Shown here piece by piece: positions 50,157 to 60,175 of a stretch of 64,000 nt of DNA (the stretch's first letter is position 1; every line of letters begins with the position of its first letter). Source of the stretch: an uncultured Candidatus Saccharibacteria bacterium (lineage in GTDB: Bacteria > Patescibacteriota > Minisyncoccia > Phycocordibacterales > UBA5272); the NCBI GenBank assembly GCA_964510805.1, contig CAZEDG010000001.1, forward strand, positions 48,227 through 112,226, read 5' to 3'. The translations under genes and the position numbers were made by a program. The notes beneath the pieces are model-generated. The model was not told where the DNA came from and made no database searches. It saw only the letters and a list, made by a program, of their open reading frames with translations.

Positions 50157-51086
50157 ATGAACCACTATCATCCAAAACATGAGCGCGTGACCTATATTGC
50201 CTTATTCGGTTCACTTATTTTTTCTTCGGTGGTGATTGTTCTGTGCTCGGTCCTTCTTACAATCCTTTACGGTTATCCTGTTATCTCTCAAAAACCTTCA
50301 CAACATCAAAAAGATTCTTCTCTTACGTTTACCACAACTGCTTTTGAACAAGTGCCTGTCTCTGCAAAGGCTTATGTGGTATATGATCTTCTTACCGGAA
50401 CAGTAATTGCTTCTTCTCATGCAACAGACACTCTCCCTCTTGCAAGTATTACTAAGGTGATGACAGCAGTGACCGCAGTAAGACATAAAGATGCCTTTCC
50501 ATCTGTAGTTATTACTCCAGATGCAATTGAAGGCGGGTATGATCTTGGTTTAAAAAAAGGACAAGTATGGAACCTTGATGAACTTCTTAAATATACACTT
50601 GTTTTTTCTTCCAATGATGGAGCTCATGCTGTTGCAAAAAATTATAAAGGGAGTTCTTTTGTTGACGTTATGAACACCGAAGCAAAGAATCTTAAGCTTG
50701 GGCTTACTTTTACAGACCCTGCAGGTCTTGATGAACATGGAAAGATTGGAGGACTTGGTTCGGCACTTGATGTTGCTAAGCTTTTTGGGGTTGCGCTTCA
50801 AGAAATTCCTGACATATTAGATGCCACAACAAAGAAACGCCAAAACTTTACTGTTAATAAGACAAGGATTGTGGGTATTCCAAATACTAATCAAGAGATA
50901 GAATTATATCCAGGTGCTGAAGGCTCGAAGACAGGGTTTACTGATCTTGCAGGAGGAAATCTCGGTGTTGTGGTAGATGTAACACTTGGAAGACCTGTGG
51001 TAATAGTGGTCCTTGGTTCTACAAGGGAAGGGAGGTTTAGGGATGTACAGGCACTTTACACAGCCCTTATTAAAAGTGTCCAGTAA
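50157..51086 (+). CDS. D-alanyl-D-alanine carboxypeptidase (S11)
   Basis: ASITK, SSN, KTG. Confidence 0.88.
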   Translation: MNHYHPKHERVTYIALFGSLIFSSVVIVLCSVLLTILYGYPVISQKPSQHQKDSSLTFTTTAFEQVPVSAKAYVVYDLLTGTVIASSHATDTLPLASITKVMTAVTAVRHKDAFPSVVITPDAIEGGYDLGLKKGQVWNLDELLKYTLVFSSNDGAHAVAKNYKGSSFVDVMNTEAKNLKLGLTFTDPAGLDEHGKIGGLGSALDVAKLFGVALQEIPDILDATTKKRQNFTVNKTRIVGIPNTNQEIELYPGAEGSKTGFTDLAGGNLGVVVDVTLGRPVVIVVLGSTREGRFRDVQALYTALIKSVQ

Positions 51087-51116
51087 GCCATTCTTTTATG
51101 CTATAATAGCGATTGT

Positions 51117-52190
51117 ATGTCTATGCTTTCTCTTGACCCAATTAAAGTACTTTTTCCTGCAATTATTTCGTTTCTTTTTGGTATTCTTGTGGCACCAACA
51201 GTGATACGTGTGCTTGAGCATTTTAAGGTTTGGAAAAAGAAAAGTGTCAGTAAGACAATCGATGGTAAGGAAGCGTCTATTACTGCAACGCTTCATAATG
51301 ATGAGGAGCGACATCTTCTCCGTATGGGGGGTATTGTTGTATGGCTTTCTGTTTTTGTAACAGCAATTGTCGTGTGGCTTCTCTCTAAGTTACATCCGAC
51401 GCTTCTTACTGAGAAACTTGATTTTATTTCTCGTAAGCAGACATGGCTACCACTTATGGGTATGCTAGTAGGAGCATGTGTTGGTGGTCTTGATGATCTT
51501 CTTGTGTCTCGTGTATTCAAACAAGTAGGGAGTTACGTAGGAGGAGGTCTTTCCTTTCCTGTGCGACTCTTCGCGGTTTCTTCTATGGGGCTTTTTGCAG
51601 GGCTTTGGTTTTATACTAAGCTAGGAGTATCCTCGGTGTATGTTCCTTTTTATGGAGACTTACATTTAAGCGGGCTTATTTTTATCCTCTTTTTTGTTAT
51701 TGTTACTGTTGCGCTTTTTTCAACAAGTGTTATTGACGGTATTGACGGTCTTTCTGGTGGTATTTTTTCTGCTATCTTTTCTGCATATGGTGCGATCGCG
51801 TTTACACAACATCAGATTGATATTTCAGCGCTGTGTTTTGTCATCGCGGGAGCAATTATGGCATTCTTGTGGTTTAATATTCCACCAGCTTCTTTTATGA
51901 TGGGTGAGACAGGGATTATGGCAATACTGCTTGCACTTTCTGTCATTGTGTTTCTCACTAATGCGGTACTGTACTTACTTGTTATCGCTTTTCCTCTCAT
52001 TGTTACAACGTCCTCAGTAATACTTCAACTCTTTTGGAAGAAATTTTTTAAGAAGAAACTATTTTTGGTTGCACCACTTCATCACCACTTTGAGGCTAAG
52101 GGTTGGCCTAGATATCGCATTGTAATGAGATATTGGGTTGTGTCATATATGTGTGCTATTCTTGGTGTCGTCTTAACGCTTATAAGCTAA
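51117..52190 (+). CDS. mraY: phospho-N-acetylmuramoyl-pentapeptide transferase
   Basis: MGG, LDD, DGIDGL, MGETG, APLHHHFE. Confidence 0.93.
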   Translation: MSMLSLDPIKVLFPAIISFLFGILVAPTVIRVLEHFKVWKKKSVSKTIDGKEASITATLHNDEERHLLRMGGIVVWLSVFVTAIVVWLLSKLHPTLLTEKLDFISRKQTWLPLMGMLVGACVGGLDDLLVSRVFKQVGSYVGGGLSFPVRLFAVSSMGLFAGLWFYTKLGVSSVYVPFYGDLHLSGLIFILFFVIVTVALFSTSVIDGIDGLSGGIFSAIFSAYGAIAFTQHQIDISALCFVIAGAIMAFLWFNIPPASFMMGETGIMAILLALSVIVFLTNAVLYLLVIAFPLIVTTSSVILQLFWKKFFKKKLFLVAPLHHHFEAKGWPRYRIVMRYWVVSYMCAILGVVLTLIS

Positions 52191-52195
52191 CGAAT

Positions 52196-53299
52196 ATGCT
52201 AGGCAAGGTCGACAAACCTCTTCTTTTTACGATACTTATTTTGTTATTAAGCGGTCTTGTACTCTTCGGGTCTGCTGCACTTGGAGTGCTTGCAAGTAAT
52301 GAAATCAAGTTCTTTTCAGTGATTAAGAACCAGCTCGTATTTGCTCTTTTTGGAGGAAGCATTGCTCTTTATGTGGGAATGAGTATCCCTTATCGTCTCT
52401 ATGAGAGGTTTGCATACGTGCTTTTTTTCTTTGGATTACTTGTTACCGCGCTTGTGTTTGTACCTGGTCTTTCTCGATACCATGGAGGTGCACACAGGTG
52501 GATTGATATAGGGCCACTCTCTGCACAACCAAGTGAACTTCTTAAATTTGCTCTCATTGCAATCGTTGCATACTGGTGTACAAAGTATCGAAGCGCTTTT
52601 AAAGATTGGAGGTACGGATTTCTTCCATACCTTATTGGTATTGCGTTGGTAAGTGCACTTCTTCTTGCTCAGCCAGATTTTGGAACATACCTTGTCATGA
52701 TTGCTTCTTCTTTTATTACGTATTTTGTCGGTGGTGCAAGAAAAAAACATATACAGTGGCTTTTTTTCTGTGGACTTTTTGGATTTATGTTATTGCTCGT
52801 TGTGAGACCGTACATGCTCGAGCGAGTTAAAACATTTTTTAATAATAGTCACGACCCGAGAGGTTCTTCTTGGCAACTTAATCAGTCCCTTATTGCTCTT
52901 GGAGGAGGAGGGTTAACTGGAAGAGGTCTTGGGCAGAGTGTGCAGAAGTTCAACTATCTTCCTGAACCGATCGGGGACTCTATTTTTGCAGTTCTTGGAG
53001 AGGAGATTGGGTTCATGGGAAGTGTGTATCTTATTATGCTTTATGCTATAGTAAGTATGCGGGGGTATGGGATTGCTAAGCGTTCTTCTACTCAATTTGG
53101 GCGTCTGCTTGCCACTGGATTAACTTCTATTATTCTTGTGCAAGCAACACTTAATATCGGTTCAATGCTTGGACTTTTGCCACTTACCGGGGTACCGCTT
53201 CCTCTTGTTTCTCATGGTGGAACGGCGCTTATGGTAGCACTCTTTGAGCTTGGGGTACTTCTTAATATTTCAAAATCAAATCACGAACAGTATCTATGA
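52196..53299 (+). CDS. ftsW: SEDS peptidoglycan polymerase FtsW
   Basis: GAHRWI, QPSE, QPDFG, LPEP..DSIF, PLTGVPLP. Confidence 0.93.
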   Translation: MLGKVDKPLLFTILILLLSGLVLFGSAALGVLASNEIKFFSVIKNQLVFALFGGSIALYVGMSIPYRLYERFAYVLFFFGLLVTALVFVPGLSRYHGGAHRWIDIGPLSAQPSELLKFALIAIVAYWCTKYRSAFKDWRYGFLPYLIGIALVSALLLAQPDFGTYLVMIASSFITYFVGGARKKHIQWLFFCGLFGFMLLLVVRPYMLERVKTFFNNSHDPRGSSWQLNQSLIALGGGGLTGRGLGQSVQKFNYLPEPIGDSIFAVLGEEIGFMGSVYLIMLYAIVSMRGYGIAKRSSTQFGRLLATGLTSIILVQATLNIGSMLGLLPLTGVPLPLVSHGGTALMVALFELGVLLNISKSNHEQYL

Positions 53300-54402
53300 A
53301 AATTGCACTTACAGGAGCAGGGGGAGGACATTTTTATCCGCTTATTGCGGTGGCTGAACGTGTTCAAAAAGAAGCATTTGCTCAGAACCTAGAACAGCCG
53401 GAAATTTTCTTTTTTTCTGACAAGCCATACGATGAGCAAGCGCTCTATTCAATATCTTGTAAGTTTATCGAAATACCAGCAGGAAAGCTCCGTGTTTATT
53501 TTTCTCTTCAGAATATAGCAGATCTTTTTAAGACAGCGTATGGGTGTCTTGTGGCACTTGTTAAGATGTATTCTATTTATCCTGATGTTCTTTTTGCAAA
53601 AGGTGGTTATGCGAGTTTCCCTGTGCTTGTCTCTGCGCGCATTCTCTCGATTCCTGTTGTAGTCCACGAAAGTGACACTGTTCCGGGAAGGACAACTAAG
53701 TGGGCAGGAGGATTCGCTACCCGTGTCGCTGTTTCGTATCAAGAAGCTTCTCGTTTTTATCCAAAAGAAATTGTTGCTTTAACAGGGCAACCTATTCGTG
53801 ATGTTGTGCTACCTCCTCATGATTTTACTAAGACGTATACAAAAAAAGACCGCCCTACTATCTTAGTCCTCGGGGGTTCACAAGGGAGTCAGACAATTAA
53901 CAATGCCTTTCTCAAAATTCTCCCGGCACTTCTTTCTACTTATGATATTGTGCATCAAGCAGGTAAAGATAATCTTGATGAGGTAAAAAAAGTAACAGAA
54001 GAGCTTCTCAAGGATCATCCATATAAAGATCATTACTATGTAGAAGGATTTATTGATGTCGCACTTCTCTATCCAAAAATCGATATTGTGATTACACGCG
54101 CAGGGTCTTCCATGTTCGAGATGATTCTTTGGAGAATTCCTATAATTGCTATCCCTATTCCCGAAACAATCAGTAGAGATCAGCGAACAAATGCATATAC
54201 AATAGCATCTCGTGGTCTTGCAACGGTGATTGAAGAAAATAATTTAACCCCAAACATCTTAACTCAGGCGATTACACGTATCTTGGAAAATCCTGATATT
54301 TATAATAGTATGATAAAAAAGGCTGAAGAATTCGAATATGTAAGAAACTCCGCTACTGTAATAGCTCGCGAACTCATCAAGATTTCCTTAAGTCATAAGT
54401 AA
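53296..54402 (+). CDS. murG: lipid II GlcNAc transferase
   Basis: GGGHFYP, KGGYAS, HESD, GGSQG, TRAG. Confidence 0.93.
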   Translation: MKIALTGAGGGHFYPLIAVAERVQKEAFAQNLEQPEIFFFSDKPYDEQALYSISCKFIEIPAGKLRVYFSLQNIADLFKTAYGCLVALVKMYSIYPDVLFAKGGYASFPVLVSARILSIPVVVHESDTVPGRTTKWAGGFATRVAVSYQEASRFYPKEIVALTGQPIRDVVLPPHDFTKTYTKKDRPTILVLGGSQGSQTINNAFLKILPALLSTYDIVHQAGKDNLDEVKKVTEELLKDHPYKDHYYVEGFIDVALLYPKIDIVITRAGSSMFEMILWRIPIIAIPIPETISRDQRTNAYTIASRGLATVIEENNLTPNILTQAITRILENPDIYNSMIKKAEEFEYVRNSATVIARELIKISLSHK

Positions 54403-54412
54403 TACACATATC

Positions 54413-55855
54413 ATGTCATCAGATTTTTCAAAAAAAGTAGTTACACGTTTTGCCCCTTCACCAACAGGGTTTATGCATGTAGGTGGTGCACGAACTGCTA
54501 TTTACGCTTGGGCGTATGCTAAGAAGCATGGAGGTACGTTTATTCTCCGCATTGAAGATACCGATAAAGAAAGACAAGTAGACGGCTCAATTGAGCATAT
54601 TGTCGAGACACTGAAGTGGCTTGGTATTACTTGGGATGAAGGTGTAGAGAAAGGTGGTCCTCATGCTCCTTATCTTCAATCAGAGCGTTTAGATACTTAC
54701 AGAGAGTATGCACTTAAACTTATAGAAAAAGGATACGCGTACCCTGATCCATATTCTCTCCAAGAAATTGATGCTCTTAGAAAAAAAGCAGAAGAAGAGA
54801 AAAGAGTTTTTTTGTATCGTGATCATCGACCAGAAAAAGTAGGGGAGTGGGACGACAAGACAACACTTCGTTTTAAGGTTCCAACAGTAAAAAGTTTTAC
54901 TTGGGAAGACGCAGTGCGAGGAACACTTTCTGCAGGAGAAGAAGCGCTTGATGATTTTATCCTTATCAAAAGTGACGGATATCCTACCTATAACTTTGCA
55001 CACATCATTGACGACCTTCTTATGGGGGTTACTCATATTATGAGAGCTGACGAGTTTATTGCGTCTACTCCTAAGTTTTTGTCTTTATATGAAGCTCTTG
55101 AAATTACTCCACCGGTATTTGTAACACTTCCTCCTATTCTTGGTCCTGATGGTCACAAAAAATTAAGTAAGCGTGATGGTGCAAAAGATATCCTTGAATA
55201 CAAAAAAGAAGGATATCTTCCTGATGCTATTGTTAACTTCCTTGCGTTTCTTGGATGGAACCCAGGAGGGGAGAAGGAGGTCATGACAAAAGAAGAACTT
55301 ATTAACGCCTTTAGTATCGAACGTATTCACACAGGTGGCGCAAAGTTAAATGATGAGAAGCTTACCTGGTTTAACAAAGAACATATTAAGCTTCTTTCGC
55401 AAGAAACGCAATTAGCGTATGTTAAGGAATACCTTCCTCTCTATGAAGAGTCTTTTCTTAAGAAGCTTCTTCCTACTATTGTCGACCGAATTGCTTATTT
55501 TGGAGAGCTTGTAGAGATAGAAAAAACAGAACTCCACTTCTTCCTACAAGCGCCGATATTTAATGTAGAATCTACACAAAAAGTGATATGGAAAAATGGC
55601 ACAAAAGAAGAAACAGTAAAGCACCTCACATACCTCAAAGAAATTGTCTTGTCTAAGGAATTTTCTACGGTAGAAGAAGTAAAAGAATTACTTATGCCAT
55701 ATGCAGAATTACATGGTAAAGGTAATGTCTTGTGGCCACTTCGTATGACACTTTCAGGGCAAGAAAAATCTATTGATCCTTTTACTATTCTTTTTGTGTT
55801 AGGTGGTAATGAAACAGCAAAGAGAATTGATCACGTGCTTCAATTTTTGGTATAA
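54413..55855 (+). CDS. gltX: glutamate--tRNA ligase
   Basis: RFAPSPTG, HVGG, LRIEDTD, KLSKR. Confidence 0.96.
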   Translation: MSSDFSKKVVTRFAPSPTGFMHVGGARTAIYAWAYAKKHGGTFILRIEDTDKERQVDGSIEHIVETLKWLGITWDEGVEKGGPHAPYLQSERLDTYREYALKLIEKGYAYPDPYSLQEIDALRKKAEEEKRVFLYRDHRPEKVGEWDDKTTLRFKVPTVKSFTWEDAVRGTLSAGEEALDDFILIKSDGYPTYNFAHIIDDLLMGVTHIMRADEFIASTPKFLSLYEALEITPPVFVTLPPILGPDGHKKLSKRDGAKDILEYKKEGYLPDAIVNFLAFLGWNPGGEKEVMTKEELINAFSIERIHTGGAKLNDEKLTWFNKEHIKLLSQETQLAYVKEYLPLYEESFLKKLLPTIVDRIAYFGELVEIEKTELHFFLQAPIFNVESTQKVIWKNGTKEETVKHLTYLKEIVLSKEFSTVEEVKELLMPYAELHGKGNVLWPLRMTLSGQEKSIDPFTILFVLGGNETAKRIDHVLQFLV

Positions 55856-55875
55856 CCACATACGTACTATATTCC

Positions 55876-57183
55876 ATGAACCGCTCTTTGTATATTCTTA
55901 TCATATGTCTTGTCTACACCATCTACCATGGTCCATTAGAGCGTGTTGTTGCACAAGAGGCAACACAGAACATGGAGCAGACCGCTGATCAATTAAAAGG
56001 TAATCTTGATCAGCTTTCTAAACAGATCAAAGATCTTGATGCTGAGATTAAGGCCTATACTACAAAGATCAGTAAGACTCAAGGAGAAGCTAAGACTCTC
56101 AAGCAAGCACTTGCAAAGCTAGAAGAAAGGAGAAAAGGTCTTGCAAAAGATATTGCGTATACAAAACTTCGAATTACAAAAGCAGAAGAAAATATTTCTT
56201 TCACAAAAACAAAAATTAAGAATACAGAAGATATTCTTGAGAGAACAAGAGCATCTCTTTCTGAATCCCTTCGTGTTCTTGTTCGTAACGAAAGCACACT
56301 TCCGCGCTTCATTGATGCGCTTGGAAATGGAGCTCACATCTCTGATTCTTTAGATACCGCAAAGAGAACTACTGATATTACTCAAGCAATTAACGAACGA
56401 GCGAGAGCTCTTGTTGATGTAAAGACATCACTCGCTATCCAAAAAGCATCGTATGAGCAGAATAAAAATACACTCCTTGATCTTAACGAAACACTTACCG
56501 AGCAAAAACATTTGGTAGAAGAAACTTCTAAGGATAAGAGCAGTCTCTTACAACAAACTCAAAGCAAAGAATCTGCATATCAGAAATTAGTTGCCGAACG
56601 TAAGAAGAAGAAAGGTGATCTTGAAGCTGAAATGTCTGACATCGAAGCAAAACTAAAAACAATTGTTGATGTGAGCAAGCTTCCTAAATATGGATCAGGG
56701 GTTCTTAAGTATCCGCTTACGAATCCAATCATTACGCAGTATTTTGGTAATACTCCTTTTGCTAGTCAAAATCCACAAGTGTATAACGGTTCTGGACATA
56801 ACGGTATTGATTTTGGTACTCGTGTAGGAACGCCGATTCTCTCAGCGCTAGAAGGAACGGTTCTTGGAACAGGTAATACCGATGCTTCATGTTCTGGAGT
56901 TTCTTATGGTAAATGGGTGCTTATAAAACACCCAAATGGTCTCACATCTCTTTATGCGCACCTTTCTTCTATTCTTGTCAAAGAAGGAGATAGAGTTGCC
57001 ACATCACAAAAGATTGGTCTCTCAGGTAATACAGGGTACAGTACCGGCCCTCATCTTCATTTTACAGTGTATGCATCGGACGTTGTTCAGATTACAAGTT
57101 ATCGAAGTAAGGTATGCGGTACTAATATGACTATGCCAGTTGCTCCTCGTGCAGGATATCTTAACCCGCTTACCTACTTGTAG
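55876..57183 (+). CDS. coiled-coil M23 peptidoglycan metallopeptidase
   Basis: Long coiled coil; HNGID, YAHLS, STGPHLHF. Confidence 0.92.
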   Translation: MNRSLYILIICLVYTIYHGPLERVVAQEATQNMEQTADQLKGNLDQLSKQIKDLDAEIKAYTTKISKTQGEAKTLKQALAKLEERRKGLAKDIAYTKLRITKAEENISFTKTKIKNTEDILERTRASLSESLRVLVRNESTLPRFIDALGNGAHISDSLDTAKRTTDITQAINERARALVDVKTSLAIQKASYEQNKNTLLDLNETLTEQKHLVEETSKDKSSLLQQTQSKESAYQKLVAERKKKKGDLEAEMSDIEAKLKTIVDVSKLPKYGSGVLKYPLTNPIITQYFGNTPFASQNPQVYNGSGHNGIDFGTRVGTPILSALEGTVLGTGNTDASCSGVSYGKWVLIKHPNGLTSLYAHLSSILVKEGDRVATSQKIGLSGNTGYSTGPHLHFTVYASDVVQITSYRSKVCGTNMTMPVAPRAGYLNPLTYL

Positions 57184-57213
57184 AACTCTCTAGAACTTTT
57201 TATACTAAGTAGT

Positions 57214-57321
57214 ATGATTACCTTAACAACACCAGCAACAATTCTCTGCTTTCTTATCGCGTTTATAATAGGGGGCTTAGTAGGGGGTATAGGGGCTTGG
57301 AAGCTTGTTGAAGCTAAATAA
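57214..57321 (+). CDS. 35-aa single-TM peptide
   Basis: MITLTTPATILCFLIAFIIGGLVGGIGAWKLVEAK*; TATACT 7 nt upstream. Confidence 0.55.
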   Translation: MITLTTPATILCFLIAFIIGGLVGGIGAWKLVEAK

Positions 57322-57327
57322 ATCGCC

Positions 57328-57429
57328 ATGCTTACTTTTACCATACCCGCATTCATACTTTTCTTAGTAACTTTTTTTTGTGGAGGTATTATTTTTGGTG
57401 TATGGATACTTCTCTATAAAATTAAATAA
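57328..57429 (+). CDS. 33-aa single-TM peptide, apparent paralogue of the previous ORF
   Basis: MLTFTIPAFILFLVTFFCGGIIFGVWILLYKIK*. Confidence 0.55.
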   Translation: MLTFTIPAFILFLVTFFCGGIIFGVWILLYKIK

Positions 57430-57545
57430 AGTAGTTAGGATTTTTTGAATTAAAAAGAATCAGAAGAGATAGAATAATACTCAGTACTTAAGTTGTTGTG
57501 GGCATAGAGCGGAAAAGCTAGGTAAAGGCTTCTTTTGTGGATATA

Positions 57546-57573
57546 ATGTCGTAAAAGATATATTGTGCGACAT
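57546..57573. other. putative dif (Xer recombination) site
   Basis: ATGTCGTAAAA-GATATA-TTGTGCGACAT, 11-6-11 near-palindrome where + and - gene blocks converge. Confidence 0.65.
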
Positions 57574-58289
57574 TAGCTATATATAAAACCCCTGCCAAAA
57601 ATATAAGAAAAACCATACAAAATAAAGGAGTTATGTTTTGTCTCTTACCTTAACATTTTGTTATTTTTTCACACCAGCACACTACCCTGCTGTTCATTAC
57701 TTTTTTAGCATACTTCTTTTTAGTATTGTTTAAATGAATTTGGATTACCTACTACCAGATCCTTCAAGCTGTTCATCGTGGCCCGCCCTTGATTCTGTGA
57801 CCCTAAGGATGCTACATATTCAAGAATAGAGTCATAGGATACTATACCCTTAGTGGCGTATGAGGCTTTTTAGGTTAGATTAAGTATATATAGGCTTCTC
57901 TACTTGATACATTCTATGAACACCAAAGATCCTTATAAGGCTTCATTGTATATAGTTTACCCTCCGTTAACTTCCTCATTCTTTATTAGAAAATTTTATT
58001 CGTGTATGTTTTTTTGTTTAAAGGTTTATAGAATATTATTTTCATTGTATGAACCTTCAGCTCACTTTCTGGGTGTTGGACAATTAAGACCTTTTACCTC
58101 TAAGTTATGTATAAGACAAAACCTACTACAAACTATTAGATAAAACACAATAGTTTATTTTATATTATAAAATAAAGAAAATAGTTGAGATTGCTCTAGA
58201 TCTTGATTTTTATTGCTTAAGGTTCTTGCTTGTGCTATAGTTCCGAGATAAAGTTCTTTTTAGCAACCTACATGAATGGAGGTTTTGCG

Positions 58290-58832
58290 ATGGATCACAA
58301 GTTTCTAGAACTACGGGGTAGAATTCTTACACCTTACAACAAGACTCCTGAAGAGATGTTGGAGTTCCCCTTCCTTGTCTCTATTGTTGGCTCGTACCGA
58401 AGAGGAGTTTTTTTTCAGACATCACTGCTAGCTTCTCTCCTTTTTGAACTTTCAGATGTTGGCTACCGAGGATATTTTTTCTTCACAAGAGACCCATTTG
58501 TTGAAGGTGATCAAACACTTCCGCAAGGATGGTCTACTGACGCCGTGCGAACGGTACTGGAAAAATCTATTCCTTTGATCTGGAATGAATATAGTCTTGA
58601 TATCAGTGATTTCGGGTATCAGACATTTCTTTGGATGCTAAATCATAACTCTTTCTCCGCCGGAGATCCTCAAAACCCTGTCACTGACACAAGAGAAGTA
58701 TCTGAGATGGGTGAGAAGATGAGGAGTCTCCTCGAACAAGAAGGAGTCATCAGAACAGAGGACGTGCAGACCAGTCATGCAGATCTTCTGATTAAAAGAA
58801 TTCAACGTGACACCTATCGGGTACGTCACTAA
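58290..58832 (+). CDS. orphan protein, weak resemblance to nucleoside deoxyribosyltransferase-like fold
   Basis: GGAGG SD, TTGCTT-N17-TATAGT, terminator after stop. Confidence 0.55.
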   Translation: MDHKFLELRGRILTPYNKTPEEMLEFPFLVSIVGSYRRGVFFQTSLLASLLFELSDVGYRGYFFFTRDPFVEGDQTLPQGWSTDAVRTVLEKSIPLIWNEYSLDISDFGYQTFLWMLNHNSFSAGDPQNPVTDTREVSEMGEKMRSLLEQEGVIRTEDVQTSHADLLIKRIQRDTYRVRH

Positions 58833-58876
58833 AAAACAACCAAACGGGGGCGCTTGGTTGTTTTTCTTTTATAAAT

Positions 58877-60142
58877 TTATTCACAATTCCCTTTGAATGT
58901 CGCAAGAAGTTCTTCTGTTGTGATGATAGAGCTTTCTCCTCCTTTTCTTTCTTTGAGCTCAACTCCCCCTTGTGCAAGTGATTTTTCTGATACAACTACA
59001 CGCATAGGGATACCAATGAGATCACTATCAGCAAATTTTTCACCAGCACTTAAGTCTCGATCATCAAAGAGGACTTCAACACCCCTCTTGGTCAAAGTAC
59101 TGTAGAGTTCCTCTGCTTGCTTGTATGCATCAGTATCTTTATTTTTTGCAAGTGTAAGAAGATGAAGCGAGAATGGAGCAACTGCTTCTGGCCAAACAAG
59201 ACCTTTATCGTCAGCCAGAACTTCAGCAATGACTCCCATGACACGTGCAGGACCGATTCCGTAAGAACCCATCCAGACAGATTGTTTCTGACCTTGCTCA
59301 TCTTGGTAGTAGAGATCAAGCGCACCAGAAAATCTTGTTCCGAGGTTAAAGATATTTCCTACTTCAGAAGCTTTTGCAACTCTAAGGTCAGACATCGCTA
59401 CACCGAGATCAGCAAGAACTTCATCCACTAGAACTTCTTTGTTGATTGCAATTTTTTTACCATCATGAATATAAATTTCATCTTCGCCTGCGTCACAGAT
59501 GGTTTGGAATTCATGAGAATATTTAGAAAAGATACCACCAGAAGCAAAGGTAACATAGGTCATATTTCCGATGCCTAGTCGATTAAATATCTGCACATAA
59601 GCATTCTTTACTTTTTCGTAGTAAGTTTCTTGCGCTTCTTGTGAGGTACAAAAAGAGTACAGATCTTTCATGATGAATTCCCTTGTTCTCATGATTCCAG
59701 ACTTTGCACGTGTCTCATTTCTAAATTTTGTTTGGAATTGATATACGTATCGAGGAAGCTCCTTGTAGCTACGAACAAAGTTCTTCATCATTGCCGTAAT
59801 TGGTTCTTCGTGGGTAACGCCAAGACCAAGAACTGTTTCATTTTTGAGTTTTGTTTTGAACCATACATCAACGACATCGTCACTCCATCTTTCGGTTTGT
59901 TCCCATACTGCCTTATCTTGCAGTGCAGTCATACTTATCTCTTGACCGCCTATAGCATTCATCTCTTCTCTTATGATTGAAATTATATTGTTAAGTGTTC
60001 TAAGACCAAGAGGAAGAAAGGCATACACCCCTGCCATTTCTTTATGAATAAAACCGGCACGGATAAGAAGCTCGGCGTTCTTGGATGTTTCGTCAGAAGG
60101 AGCTTCTTTTCTTGTTTTTGTAAATAAATGTGATTGTCTCAT
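58877..60142 (-). CDS. proS: proline--tRNA ligase (no editing insertion)
   Basis: LLIRAGFI, THEE, KFRNE, REFIMKDLYSF, YGIG. Confidence 0.96.
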   Translation of the reverse strand: MRQSHLFTKTRKEAPSDETSKNAELLIRAGFIHKEMAGVYAFLPLGLRTLNNIISIIREEMNAIGGQEISMTALQDKAVWEQTERWSDDVVDVWFKTKLKNETVLGLGVTHEEPITAMMKNFVRSYKELPRYVYQFQTKFRNETRAKSGIMRTREFIMKDLYSFCTSQEAQETYYEKVKNAYVQIFNRLGIGNMTYVTFASGGIFSKYSHEFQTICDAGEDEIYIHDGKKIAINKEVLVDEVLADLGVAMSDLRVAKASEVGNIFNLGTRFSGALDLYYQDEQGQKQSVWMGSYGIGPARVMGVIAEVLADDKGLVWPEAVAPFSLHLLTLAKNKDTDAYKQAEELYSTLTKRGVEVLFDDRDLSAGEKFADSDLIGIPMRVVVSEKSLAQGGVELKERKGGESSIITTEELLATFKGNCE

Positions 60143-60175
60143 ATGTGTAGTAGATTAAGTGTAGCAAAAAGATTG

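Noticed and set aside
58067-58106. LEVKGLNCPTP, TusA-like motif on the minus strand
   Set aside because: Followed almost at once by a stop and no further similarity; likely chance.
25625-60142. Truncated alaS, aspS and proS as pseudogenes
   Set aside because: Catalytic motifs and frames are intact; domain-reduced aaRSs are expected in streamlined genomes.
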